A DNA stretch of 51,821 nt, taken from NCBI GenBank assembly GCA_022702015.1, contig JAKONI010000109.1, forward strand, positions 1 through 51,821, given 5' to 3'. The position numbers and the translations under genes are program-made. Below the pieces are notes generated by a model. It was not told where the DNA came from. It ran no database searches and worked only from the letters and a program-made list of their open reading frames with translations. Shown here in pieces: positions 40,817-49,387 of the stretch; the first letter of the stretch is position 1, and every line of letters begins with the position of its first letter. The stretch is from Beijerinckiaceae bacterium. Its GTDB lineage: Bacteria > Pseudomonadota > Alphaproteobacteria > Rhizobiales > Beijerinckiaceae.

Positions 40817-40881
40817 GCCACAGGGTATAGGGCGGCCATACCGGCCGCCGAGGGGTGCGCCACGGAATTCAACGCATCGCC

Positions 40882-41874
40882 TCAGTAGATCGGTCCGCCC
40901 ACCGAGGCCGGCGGGGCGCCGAGTTGCAGCGGCTCGCCGCCCTCCTCGCCGACCTCGTCGGGTTCCGCCGTGACGCGCGGCGCCGGACGGACGGCAACCG
41001 GGCGGGGCTGCGCAGAGGCGTAGGCCGAGGGGGCCTGGCCGGCGCGGGCGACCCGGGTCGAACCCGGGGCCTTGGACATCGGCGAGGCGCCGTAGGGGTC
41101 GTCCTCCTCGATATCCACCGGAGCCTGGGGCGGGGCCGGCAGGCGCGGGGGCGGCGCGGGTCGGGACACCGGGCGCGCTCCGTCGGCGCCGAGCTGCGGC
41201 GTGAACTTGATCAGCGGCTGGCAGATCCGGCGCAGGCCACGGGGATCGTGTCGGGCCAGATCGACATGGATGTGATCGTAGTGGAACACGTTCGAGCCCG
41301 GTGCCAGCACCGTCGTGAACCGCTGGCAGGCCCCCAGGAACACCTCCCGGAGGAAGCCCTGTTCGGCCTCGGTCCCGCGCCAGCCGCCCTTCACGGTGAT
41401 CACGTGGCCGTCCGCCAGCTTGAACGACATGATATCGACGGCGTTGCCGAACCCGTGCTCCGAGAGCTTGGCGCCGGCTTGGTTGTTGCGGCCACGGCAG
41501 GAGTACGAACCCGCGTTGATCTCGGCCACGGGGACGCCGAAATACAGGTCCGCCGCCGGCTGGATCGTGTCCGCGAGCCAAGCCTCGGCCTCGGCGAGCG
41601 CCGGGCAGCCCAGCGTCATCCGCTGTTTCAGCACCACGGAGCCGTTGCCGAGGCGCGTGACCCGGAAGGGCTGCTGCATTCCGCAGGGGCCCGGTCCGTC
41701 GATCGCCGCCGCCGGGGTGACGAACTCCGTGGGCGTGACGAGTTTCTTGGCGAGGCAGACCTGCTCGGCCTGATCACGCCACGGCTCGCGCTGCTCGAAT
41801 CGATTGATCGAGCAGGCCGTGAGGGCCGCGCCAAAGAGCGCGAGGGTCAGGAACGCATGTACGCTACGCCGCAT
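40882..41874 (-). CDS. Extensin-like C-domain lipoprotein (LAS-type metallopeptidase fold)
   Basis: LTAC lipobox, GSYSCR, LSEHGFGNAVD, HYDHIHVD, Pro-rich tail. Confidence 0.88.
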   Translation of the reverse strand: MRRSVHAFLTLALFGAALTACSINRFEQREPWRDQAEQVCLAKKLVTPTEFVTPAAAIDGPGPCGMQQPFRVTRLGNGSVVLKQRMTLGCPALAEAEAWLADTIQPAADLYFGVPVAEINAGSYSCRGRNNQAGAKLSEHGFGNAVDIMSFKLADGHVITVKGGWRGTEAEQGFLREVFLGACQRFTTVLAPGSNVFHYDHIHVDLARHDPRGLRRICQPLIKFTPQLGADGARPVSRPAPPPRLPAPPQAPVDIEEDDPYGASPMSKAPGSTRVARAGQAPSAYASAQPRPVAVRPAPRVTAEPDEVGEEGGEPLQLGAPPASVGGPIY

Positions 41875-41996
41875 GACCGGAAGTTGCGCACGATCCCGTA
41901 AAGGCTTCGTCAAGGCCGTTGAGGCTTTCCCGGCCGGTGTGGCCGCGATGCGGGTTCCGGTTGACAGATCCGGTATCGGATCGACCAAAGTGGGCG

Positions 41997-43226
41997 ATGC
42001 TCTCGCTCCTCGATCTCCGCGCCCGCATCGCCGCCGGCACCCTCACGCCACGGGGGGCCATCGACCTCTGTCGGGGGGCCATCGCCGCCCGCGATCCCGG
42101 GATCGGCGCCTTCGTCGCCATCGACCCCGACCCGGCGATCCCGGATTCGGGGCCGCTCGCCGGCATCGCCGTGGGGGTGAAGGACATCATCGACACGGCC
42201 TCGATGCCCACTCAGATGGGCTCGGGGCTCTATGACGGCTGGCGGCCCCGGGGGGACGCGGCGGTGGTGGCCCGGCTGAAGAGTCTCGGCGCCGTGGCCC
42301 TCGCCAAGACGACGACCACCACCTTCGCCAGCTCCGACCCGACGGCGACCCGCAACCCACACGATCCCGGCCACACGCCCGGGGGCTCGTCGGCGGGGTC
42401 TGCGGCGGCGGTGGGCGCCGGGATGCTGCCCCTGGCGCTCGGCACGCAGACGGCGGGTTCGGTGATCCGGCCGGCGAGCTACTGCGGTTGCGCGGCGATC
42501 AAGCCCTCGTTCCGGCTGATCCCGACGGTGGGGGTGAAGACCTATTCCTGGGCGCTGGACACCCTCGGCCTGTTCGCGGCGGGGGTCGGCGACCTAGCCT
42601 GCGCCCTGGCGGCGATCACCGGCCGCGACGGGATCGAGGGGGCGAGCGGAGACAGCCCGCGCATCGCCGTGGTCCGGCTCCAGGTGGCCGAAGCCCCCTC
42701 CGCCGAGGCCGAGGACGCCCTGGCCCGGGGCGTCGCCGCCGCCGAACGGGCCGGCGCGCGGGTCAGCGACCTCACCCTGCCGCCGGAGCTCGATGCGGCC
42801 TGGGAGCGTCACTCCGTCATTCAGGATTACGAGGGCCGGCATGCGCTGGCCTGGGAATACACGAACCACCGGGAGGCCCTTCCCCCGCTGGTGCGCGCCC
42901 ACCTCGACGCGGGGGACGCGATCGCCCCGGCCGCCTACGACGACGCCCGCCGCCATGCCCACCGGGCGCGGCGGGTGCTCAAGGGTTTGTTCGACGAGTT
43001 CGACGCCATCCTCACCTTCTCCGCCCCGGGCCCGGCCCCGGCGACCCTGGCCTCCACGGGCGACCCGCGGTTCAACCGGCTCTGGACGCAGATGGGCGTG
43101 CCCTGCGTGAACGTGCCGGTGCCGGGGGACGGCCTGCCGGTGGGCGTGCAGGTCGTCGGCCGGTTCGGGGGCGACGGGCGGACGCTGGCCGTGGCGGGGA
43201 TGATCGAGGGCGCGCTGCGGGGGTGA
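41997..43226 (+). CDS. Amidase-signature family amidase
   Basis: VKDIID, TPGGSSAGS, GTQTAGSVIRPASYCG. Confidence 0.92.
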   Translation: MLSLLDLRARIAAGTLTPRGAIDLCRGAIAARDPGIGAFVAIDPDPAIPDSGPLAGIAVGVKDIIDTASMPTQMGSGLYDGWRPRGDAAVVARLKSLGAVALAKTTTTTFASSDPTATRNPHDPGHTPGGSSAGSAAAVGAGMLPLALGTQTAGSVIRPASYCGCAAIKPSFRLIPTVGVKTYSWALDTLGLFAAGVGDLACALAAITGRDGIEGASGDSPRIAVVRLQVAEAPSAEAEDALARGVAAAERAGARVSDLTLPPELDAAWERHSVIQDYEGRHALAWEYTNHREALPPLVRAHLDAGDAIAPAAYDDARRHAHRARRVLKGLFDEFDAILTFSAPGPAPATLASTGDPRFNRLWTQMGVPCVNVPVPGDGLPVGVQVVGRFGGDGRTLAVAGMIEGALRG

Positions 43227-43234
43227 GCGTGAGC

Positions 43235-44380
43235 TCACTCCCCCGCATGTTCGCCGAGGGTATCCTCCACGTAGAGCTGTTCCAGCAGCACCTTGATCAC
43301 CGCCAGCATGGGTAGCGCCAGGGCGATGCCCCAGAGGCCGAAGATCACCCCCAGGACGAGCTGCCCGGCGAAAATCGTCGCCGGGGGTATGTCGAGGGCG
43401 CGCTTCTGGATGAACGGGGTGAGACCGTAGCTCTCCAGGCACTGCACGGCGAGGTAGACGCCGATCGCCCCGAGCAACGCCTTAAACCCGGAGGCGAGGG
43501 CCGCGAGCATGATGACGAGCCCGGCGACCAGCGGCCCCACGGTCGGCACGAAGGCGAGCAGGCCCGCCTGGAGACCGAGGATCAGCGCCCCGCCGATGCC
43601 GAGGAAGGCGAGGCCCGCCCAGGTGAACAGGAAGATCGCCGTCATGGTCAGCAACTGGCCGAACAGCCAGTGGCGCAGGGTCTCCCCGGCGCCGTCGAGG
43701 ACCTTGCCGGCGCGGGTCCGCCGGCCCGGCGGGACGAAGCGCAGGGCCCCATCCCGGTAGACCTTCGGGTCGGCGGCGAAGGCGAGGCCGAGGAAGACGA
43801 TCACCAGCAGGTTGCCCACCGCGTCCACGAGGCCGAGCACCACCGCCGTCGCCGGGCCCAGCACGCTGCTCGCGCTCGACAGGACCGAACTCGAACTCTT
43901 CAAAAGTCCCGAGGCGAGGCCCCCGAGGCCGCTTTCCTGCTGGCCGGGCTCCCGGCCCGAGCGGCCGTCCTCCTTCGGGGAATCGAGGAGGGGCACGTCG
44001 ATCCCATGGGCCGAGAGCCAGCCGTTCACGGAATCCGCCTGGGTCTTGATGGTGCCGCCGAGGTCGCGGCCCTGCTGGGCCACCGTGGCGCCGCCATAGG
44101 TCGCGAAACTCACCGCGCAGATCGCCACCGCGAGGCTCGCCAAAGTGAGCCGCAGCCCCCTCGGCAGGGGCAGGACGTAGGCCAGCGCCCGGGTGAGGCC
44201 ATCGAGGAAGACCCCCAGCAGCACGCCGGCGAAGATGAGGAGCAGGGTGCCCGCCGACATCCAGGCCAGCGCCAGGGCGGCGGTGAAGCAGACCACCGCG
44301 ATGCCCGATCCGGCCAGCGGCGCCGCCCCCCGCCACGGGCCGACCGGCCCGTCGAGTTGGTCGAGCTTGGATTGGGGCAT
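43235..44380 (-). CDS. AI-2E/YdiK family transporter
   Basis: LRHWLFGQ, FVPTVGP, QCLESYGLTP, FGLWGIALALP. Confidence 0.88.
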   Translation of the reverse strand: MPQSKLDQLDGPVGPWRGAAPLAGSGIAVVCFTAALALAWMSAGTLLLIFAGVLLGVFLDGLTRALAYVLPLPRGLRLTLASLAVAICAVSFATYGGATVAQQGRDLGGTIKTQADSVNGWLSAHGIDVPLLDSPKEDGRSGREPGQQESGLGGLASGLLKSSSSVLSSASSVLGPATAVVLGLVDAVGNLLVIVFLGLAFAADPKVYRDGALRFVPPGRRTRAGKVLDGAGETLRHWLFGQLLTMTAIFLFTWAGLAFLGIGGALILGLQAGLLAFVPTVGPLVAGLVIMLAALASGFKALLGAIGVYLAVQCLESYGLTPFIQKRALDIPPATIFAGQLVLGVIFGLWGIALALPMLAVIKVLLEQLYVEDTLGEHAGE

Positions 44381-44507
44381 GGGGCTCCTCGCCGGCCGTC
44401 TGGCCGCCCCTGGAACGCCGCGTCGCACGCCCGGTCAAGCCCGCAGGCGACGAAAAGCCGGGACGTGCGTTGAGCGGGGGACGATCCAACAGTTGGAGAG
44501 AGACGCC

Positions 44508-44663
44508 ATGCAGCCCCAGAACACCCCGCACGACACGACCCATGTCCGCTCCCTCGGGATCGGCCAAAGCGTCGACACCAACGATCAGTTGAGCAGCGTG
44601 GTCGTCCTCGGCATCGCCGTGGTCGGCGGCCTCGTGGCGCTGGTGCTCACGGCGCTGATCTAG
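44508..44663 (+). CDS. 51-aa protein with a C-terminal TM helix
   Basis: GGAGAG RBS; MQPQNTPHDTTHVRSLGIGQSVDTNDQLSSVVVLGIAVVGGLVALVLTALI. Confidence 0.65.
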   Translation: MQPQNTPHDTTHVRSLGIGQSVDTNDQLSSVVVLGIAVVGGLVALVLTALI

Positions 44664-44756
44664 CGGCGGAGCCGGGGCGGGCCTCGTTCACCCGTGGCGA
44701 TTCCGTCGCGGAATCGAATGGGAAGCGCCCCGGCGCACGCATCTCAGACCAGACAT

Positions 44757-45275
44757 TTAGACCCCGCCCCAGCGGTCGGCCGCCGCGTCGTCGGCCTGGG
44801 TCGCCTCGACCCAGCCGCCCACGGTGCCGTCCACCAGATGCTCGCGCTTCCAGAATGGCGCCCGTGTCTTGAGGTAGTCCATCAGGAAGCTCGCCGCCTC
44901 GAAGGCTGCGACCCGGTGGCTCGAGGCGGTGACGACCAGCACGATTCCGTCCCCCGGCGCCACCCGGCCGTGGCGATGGATCACCCGCACCGCCTGGAGG
45001 GGCCAGCGGCTGGCGGCCTCGTCGGCGACCCTCTGGATCTCCGCCTCGGCCATGCCCGGGTAATGTTCGAGTTCCAGAGCGAGGAGGCGCCCGGCCTCGT
45101 CCCGGCACAGGCCGGCGAAGGTCACGACGGCCCCCGTTCGGCCCGCGTGGTCCTCGGTGATCCGCGCGATTTCCCTGGCGGCGTCGAAGGGTTCGGCCTG
45201 GATCGAGACGCTCGGACCGGCCGGAACCGGCTTGGCAGGATCCGGCTGCACCATGATCGTCTCCCCATCGCTCAT
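44757..45275 (-). CDS. moaE: Molybdopterin synthase catalytic subunit
   Basis: GAVVTF.G, LELEHYPGMA, IHRHG, SSHR..AF, MDYLKTRAPFWKRE. Confidence 0.95.
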   Translation of the reverse strand: MSDGETIMVQPDPAKPVPAGPSVSIQAEPFDAAREIARITEDHAGRTGAVVTFAGLCRDEAGRLLALELEHYPGMAEAEIQRVADEAASRWPLQAVRVIHRHGRVAPGDGIVLVVTASSHRVAAFEAASFLMDYLKTRAPFWKREHLVDGTVGGWVEATQADDAAADRWGGV

Positions 45276-45410
45276 GTCGCCGGGGCGGTCGCGGGAGGCG
45301 ACATCCGGTTGTCCGGGACGTGCCCTATATGGCACGCAGGCGCGGACCGGGGCACCGTCCGAGGGGCCGCGCCGCGAAATCGACCAGGGCCAAGGGGGCG
45401 CGAGGACGCG

Positions 45411-46430
45411 ATGGATCCGGAGCTGACGCTGCCTTACGCGGGTGTGATGCCCGCCTTCGCGAGCCGGCCGGTCTGGTGCGGACGCGGCAGCACGGTGGTA
45501 GGCGCGGTGACGATCGGCGCCCAGGCCTGGCTCGGGGATGCGGCGGTGATCCGCGCCGACGGGCAGAGCGTCGTCCTGGGCGACCGGTTCTGGCTCGGCC
45601 ACCGCTCGACGGTCCATATCGCCACCTTCGCCCGGGGCACCACCTGCGGCGACCGGGTGACGGTGGGGCGCAACAGCGTCCTCCACGCCTGCGCCATCGG
45701 CTCCGACGTGGTGGTGGAGGACGACGTGGTGATCCTCGACGAGGCGACGGTCGGCGACGGCGCCATCATCGAGGCCGGGGCGACGGTGTTCCCCCGTTCG
45801 GACCTCCCCGGCGGCTTCGCCTATGCCGGCAGTCCGGCGCGCCCGGTACGCCCGGTCTCGCCGGGGGAGGCGGCGGAGCGGGCGGAGCGCCTGCGCGAGG
45901 GGGGCACGGACGGGATCGCCCCGGACGCGGAGCCCCCCGCCGAGCCCGACCCCGACGTGTTCGTCGCCCGCACAGCCCGCCTGCGCGGCCGGGTCGGCCT
46001 CGGAACGGGGGCGAGCGTGCTGTTCTGCTGTGCCCTGGAGGCCGAGGCGGGGCCGATCGTGATCGGCGCCGACACCAACATCCAGGACAACACCGTCATC
46101 CGCACAAGGGGAGAGGGTGTGGTGATCGGCCGGGACACGACCATCGCCCACAATGTCCGGGTCAGCGATTGCCGGATCGGCGCCTGCTCGCTTATCGGCA
46201 TCGGCGCGACGGTGGCGCCGGGCACGCTCATCGCCGACGACGTGATGCTGGCGGCCGGGGCCACCACCGACCCTGGCCAGATCCTGTCCTCGGGCCACCT
46301 CTGGGGCGGACGGCCCGCCCGTATCCTGGCGCCGCTGGACGCGGGAAGGCGGGACATGATGCTGCGGATCGTCGAGGGCTATTGCCAGCATGGCCGGGAT
46401 TACCGCCGGGCGCAGGACGCCGTGGGATAA
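45411..46430 (+). CDS. Tandem two-domain gamma-carbonic-anhydrase-like (left-handed beta-helix) protein
   Basis: Two hexapeptide-repeat domains each ending G.PAR..(R/A)P; motifs IRAD, TVH and LHAC in domain 1, TNIQDN and TIAHN in domain 2. Confidence 0.88.
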   Translation: MDPELTLPYAGVMPAFASRPVWCGRGSTVVGAVTIGAQAWLGDAAVIRADGQSVVLGDRFWLGHRSTVHIATFARGTTCGDRVTVGRNSVLHACAIGSDVVVEDDVVILDEATVGDGAIIEAGATVFPRSDLPGGFAYAGSPARPVRPVSPGEAAERAERLREGGTDGIAPDAEPPAEPDPDVFVARTARLRGRVGLGTGASVLFCCALEAEAGPIVIGADTNIQDNTVIRTRGEGVVIGRDTTIAHNVRVSDCRIGACSLIGIGATVAPGTLIADDVMLAAGATTDPGQILSSGHLWGGRPARILAPLDAGRRDMMLRIVEGYCQHGRDYRRAQDAVG

Positions 46431-46541
46431 CCTCTGGGGCTTCCGAAGGGCGTCACGCCCTTCGGTGGGTCTCGGGGCGAAGCCCCGAGGAGAAGCAGGG
46501 CTCCGCCCCGCACCCGCGAAAGGTCGCGACCTTTCGAAACC
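46431..46541. repeat. REP-doublet/MITE-like multi-hairpin intergenic element, copy 2
   Basis: ccgaagggcg-tca-cgcccttcgg, ctcggggc-gaa-gccccgag, gggc-tcc-gccc, and the perfect palindrome cgaaaggtcgcgacctttcg. Confidence 0.78.
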
Positions 46542-46561
46542 ATGAGCAGGCGCGGACGGCC

Positions 46562-46975
46562 ATGCAGCGGATCACCATCACCATCGACGACGACCTGCTC
46601 GCGGGGGTCGACCGGCTTTGCGAGCGCCGGGGCTACGCCAGCCGCTCCGAGGCCGTGCGCGACCTCGTGCGCGACGCCCTCGCCCCCGACCGAGCCGCCG
46701 AGGGGCCGGGCCCCTGCTACGGCACGCTCAGCTACGTCTATTCCCACTCGACCCGCGACCTCGCCAAGCGCCTCACCGGCAGCAGCCACGATCACGGGGT
46801 CGCGGTGGCCAACCTCCATGTCCACGTCTCCCACGACGATTGCCTGGAGGTCGCGGTGCTGCGCGGCTCCGTGGAATCCCTGCGCGCCTACGCCGACGCC
46901 ATCACCACCCAGCGCGGCGTCCGCTACGGCCGCCTGCACCTGATCCCGGGCAAGGACCACGCCCACGGCGAGTGA
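46562..46975 (+). CDS. nikR: Nickel-responsive regulator
   Basis: MQRITITID ribbon-helix-helix, GY.SRSEAVRDL, H...LHVH.....CLE nickel ligands. Confidence 0.93.
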   Translation: MQRITITIDDDLLAGVDRLCERRGYASRSEAVRDLVRDALAPDRAAEGPGPCYGTLSYVYSHSTRDLAKRLTGSSHDHGVAVANLHVHVSHDDCLEVAVLRGSVESLRAYADAITTQRGVRYGRLHLIPGKDHAHGE

Positions 46976-47025
46976 GTCGGGGCCGGCGATGCGCCCCCGC
47001 CACAGGGCTCGCCGCATCGCGGCCC

Positions 47026-47053
47026 GTATGAACTTCTCGCAGATTATTCTTAC
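47026..47053. promoter_or_regulatory. NikR operator GTATGA-N16-TCTTAC
   Basis: Exact 16-nt spacer of the canonical GTATGA-N16-TCATAG site; lies between nikR and the TonB receptor. Confidence 0.75.
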
Positions 47054-47156
47054 GGCCGGATGCTAGGATGGGGCTCGATCCCCGCCGGAGACCCCCTTGG
47101 CCGCCCCGTCCCGCCCCTCGCCCCGGCGCCCCCTTCCGTCCCGCCGTCACGGGAGC

Positions 47157-49274
47157 ATGAGGCGGCTCGCCCCCCTCGCCGTCGCGATCCTGCCGGGGAT
47201 GGGGGGGCCGAACTCCGTCCGGGCGGAAGATGCGGTCACGCTGTCGGAGATCGCCGTCACCGCCGAGGCGCCGCGCCCCGTACGGGACGGTCCGGCGGCG
47301 AGCGCCGGCTACGGCGGCGGAACCACCGGGATCGGCGGCGCGCTCCTCCCGGTGGACTCCGCCAGCGCCGGGATCGTCTCCGGCGCACAGGTCAACAGCC
47401 GCCCCGTGACCCGTCCGGGCGAGGTGCTGGAGGCAGTCCCGGGCCTGATCGTCACGCAGCACAGCGGGGAGGGGAAGGCCAACCAGTACTTCCTGCGCGG
47501 CTTCAACCTCGACCACGGCACCGACATCGCCATCACCGTCGATGGGATGCCGGTCAACATGCGCACCCATGCCCACGGACAGGGTTACGCCGACCTCAAC
47601 TTCCTCATCCCCGAACTCGTCGGCGCGGTGGAATTTCACAAAGGGCCGTACTTCGTCCGCGACGGCGACTTCGCCTCCGCCGGATCCGTGCGGATCGACA
47701 CCCTCGATTCCGTCCCGAAAAACCTCGCCCTCACGTCCATCGGCTCGTTCGGCTACGGCCGCGCCCTGACGATCGCCTCGGCGGCTCTGGGGGAGGGGAC
47801 CCTCCTCGTGGCCGGCGAGGCGCAGGTCTATGACGGGCCGTGGGTCGTCCCCGACGCCCTGCGCAAGGTGAACGGCGTCGCCCGCTACAGCCAGGGCACG
47901 GCGCTCGACGGCTTCTCCGTTACCGGCATGGCCTACGCCGCTCGGTGGACCGCCACCAACCAGATCCCGGAACGGGCCGTCGTCTCCGGCGCCCTCGACC
48001 GCTTCGGCACCCTCAACCCGACGGATGGAGGCGATAGCAGCCGCCTGTCGCTGTCGGGCAAGTTCAGCGCGACGGATCCGACAGGCGTCACAAGGGCTTC
48101 GGCCTACGTCATCCGTTATCGGATGAACCTGTTCAACGACTTCACCTATTCCTTGAACGACCCGGTGAACGGCGACCAGTTCCGCCAGCGCGACCAGCGC
48201 GTCCTCGGCGGCGGGGAGGTGCTACACATCTTTCAGGGCGACCTGTTCGGGCGCCCGCTGGAGGTCGAGGCCGGCGCGCAGACCCGCACCGATTCGATCC
48301 GCGTCGGCCTGTCCAACACCACCTTCCGGCAGTTCCGCTCGGGCGTGCTCGACGACCGGGTGCTCGAATCGAGCGGTGCCCTCTACCTCGACACCCGTGT
48401 CCGCTGGACCGCGTGGCTGCGCACCAGCGTCGGGGTGAGGGCGGACGGCTATTACGCGGATGTCCGTTCGGACACGCCCGCCAATTCCAACCGGGCCACC
48501 GACGGCATCGTCAACCCGAAGCTCGGCCTCGTCCTCGGGCCCTTCTCCGATACCGAACTCTACCTGAACTACGGCGGCGGCTTCCATTCCAACGATGCCC
48601 GGGGCGTCACCGCGACCGTCGATCCGCAGAGCCCCCTTTTCACCGTCACGCGCTCGCCCTTCCTCGTCCCCTCGACGGGCTACGAGATCGGCCTGCGCAA
48701 CCGCTCCATCGCGGGGCTGGAGACGAGCCTCGCCCTGTTCCGGCTCGACTTCGCCTCGGAGAACCTGTTCCAGGGCGACACAGGCACCACGGAGCCGAGC
48801 CGCCCCACCCGCCGCTTCGGTGTGGAATGGACCAACCGCTACGCGGTGACGCCCTGGCTCGCCCTGGAGGGCGACCTGACGATCACCAATGCCCGGTTCT
48901 CGGATACCGATCCGGTGGGCGACCGGGTGCCCGAGGCGCCGACCACCATCGCCTCGGCGGGTGTCACCTTCGGCGAGCCGCTGGGTTGGTTCGGCTCGTT
49001 GCGGTTCCGCTACTTCGGCCCTCGCCCGCTGATCGAGGACAACTCCATCCGCTCCCGCCCCACCGCGCTGTTCAACGGGCGGGTCGGCTACAACTTCGAG
49101 AACGGGGTCAGCGTCTCCCTCGACGTCCTGAACCTCACCGACAGCAAGGCCGACCAGATCACCTACGCCTACGTGTCCCGCCTGCCCGGCGAACCGCCGG
49201 AGGGGCTGATCGACCGGGTGTTCCACCCCGTCGAGCCCACCGCCGTAAGACTCACCGTCGCCGGAAGATTTTAG
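47157..49274 (+). CDS. TonB-dependent outer-membrane receptor, probably for Ni/Co
   Basis: Signal peptide, EIAVTA TonB-box-like motif, His-rich plug TQHSGEGKANQYFLRGFNLDHGTD...THAHGQGY, C-terminal Phe. Confidence 0.9.
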   Translation: MRRLAPLAVAILPGMGGPNSVRAEDAVTLSEIAVTAEAPRPVRDGPAASAGYGGGTTGIGGALLPVDSASAGIVSGAQVNSRPVTRPGEVLEAVPGLIVTQHSGEGKANQYFLRGFNLDHGTDIAITVDGMPVNMRTHAHGQGYADLNFLIPELVGAVEFHKGPYFVRDGDFASAGSVRIDTLDSVPKNLALTSIGSFGYGRALTIASAALGEGTLLVAGEAQVYDGPWVVPDALRKVNGVARYSQGTALDGFSVTGMAYAARWTATNQIPERAVVSGALDRFGTLNPTDGGDSSRLSLSGKFSATDPTGVTRASAYVIRYRMNLFNDFTYSLNDPVNGDQFRQRDQRVLGGGEVLHIFQGDLFGRPLEVEAGAQTRTDSIRVGLSNTTFRQFRSGVLDDRVLESSGALYLDTRVRWTAWLRTSVGVRADGYYADVRSDTPANSNRATDGIVNPKLGLVLGPFSDTELYLNYGGGFHSNDARGVTATVDPQSPLFTVTRSPFLVPSTGYEIGLRNRSIAGLETSLALFRLDFASENLFQGDTGTTEPSRPTRRFGVEWTNRYAVTPWLALEGDLTITNARFSDTDPVGDRVPEAPTTIASAGVTFGEPLGWFGSLRFRYFGPRPLIEDNSIRSRPTALFNGRVGYNFENGVSVSLDVLNLTDSKADQITYAYVSRLPGEPPEGLIDRVFHPVEPTAVRLTVAGRF

Positions 49275-49387
49275 GACGCGAGGCTGGGCCGCAGCGGGAA
49301 CCCTGGATCGCCGCCGCGCGATGCGTTAACGCCCGCAAGACATGTGGATCCCGCTTCGGCGGACGGACATCCCGCGAACGAGCCCCG

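Noticed and set aside
44446-44471. GCGAC-N16-CGTT as an EcfG promoter for the 51-aa gene
   Set aside because: Two mismatches in the -35 element in GC-rich DNA; too weak to call
44757-46391. Apparent 544-aa extended MoaE
   Set aside because: The extension is the antisense of the gamma-CA gene; MoaE homology starts near 45275
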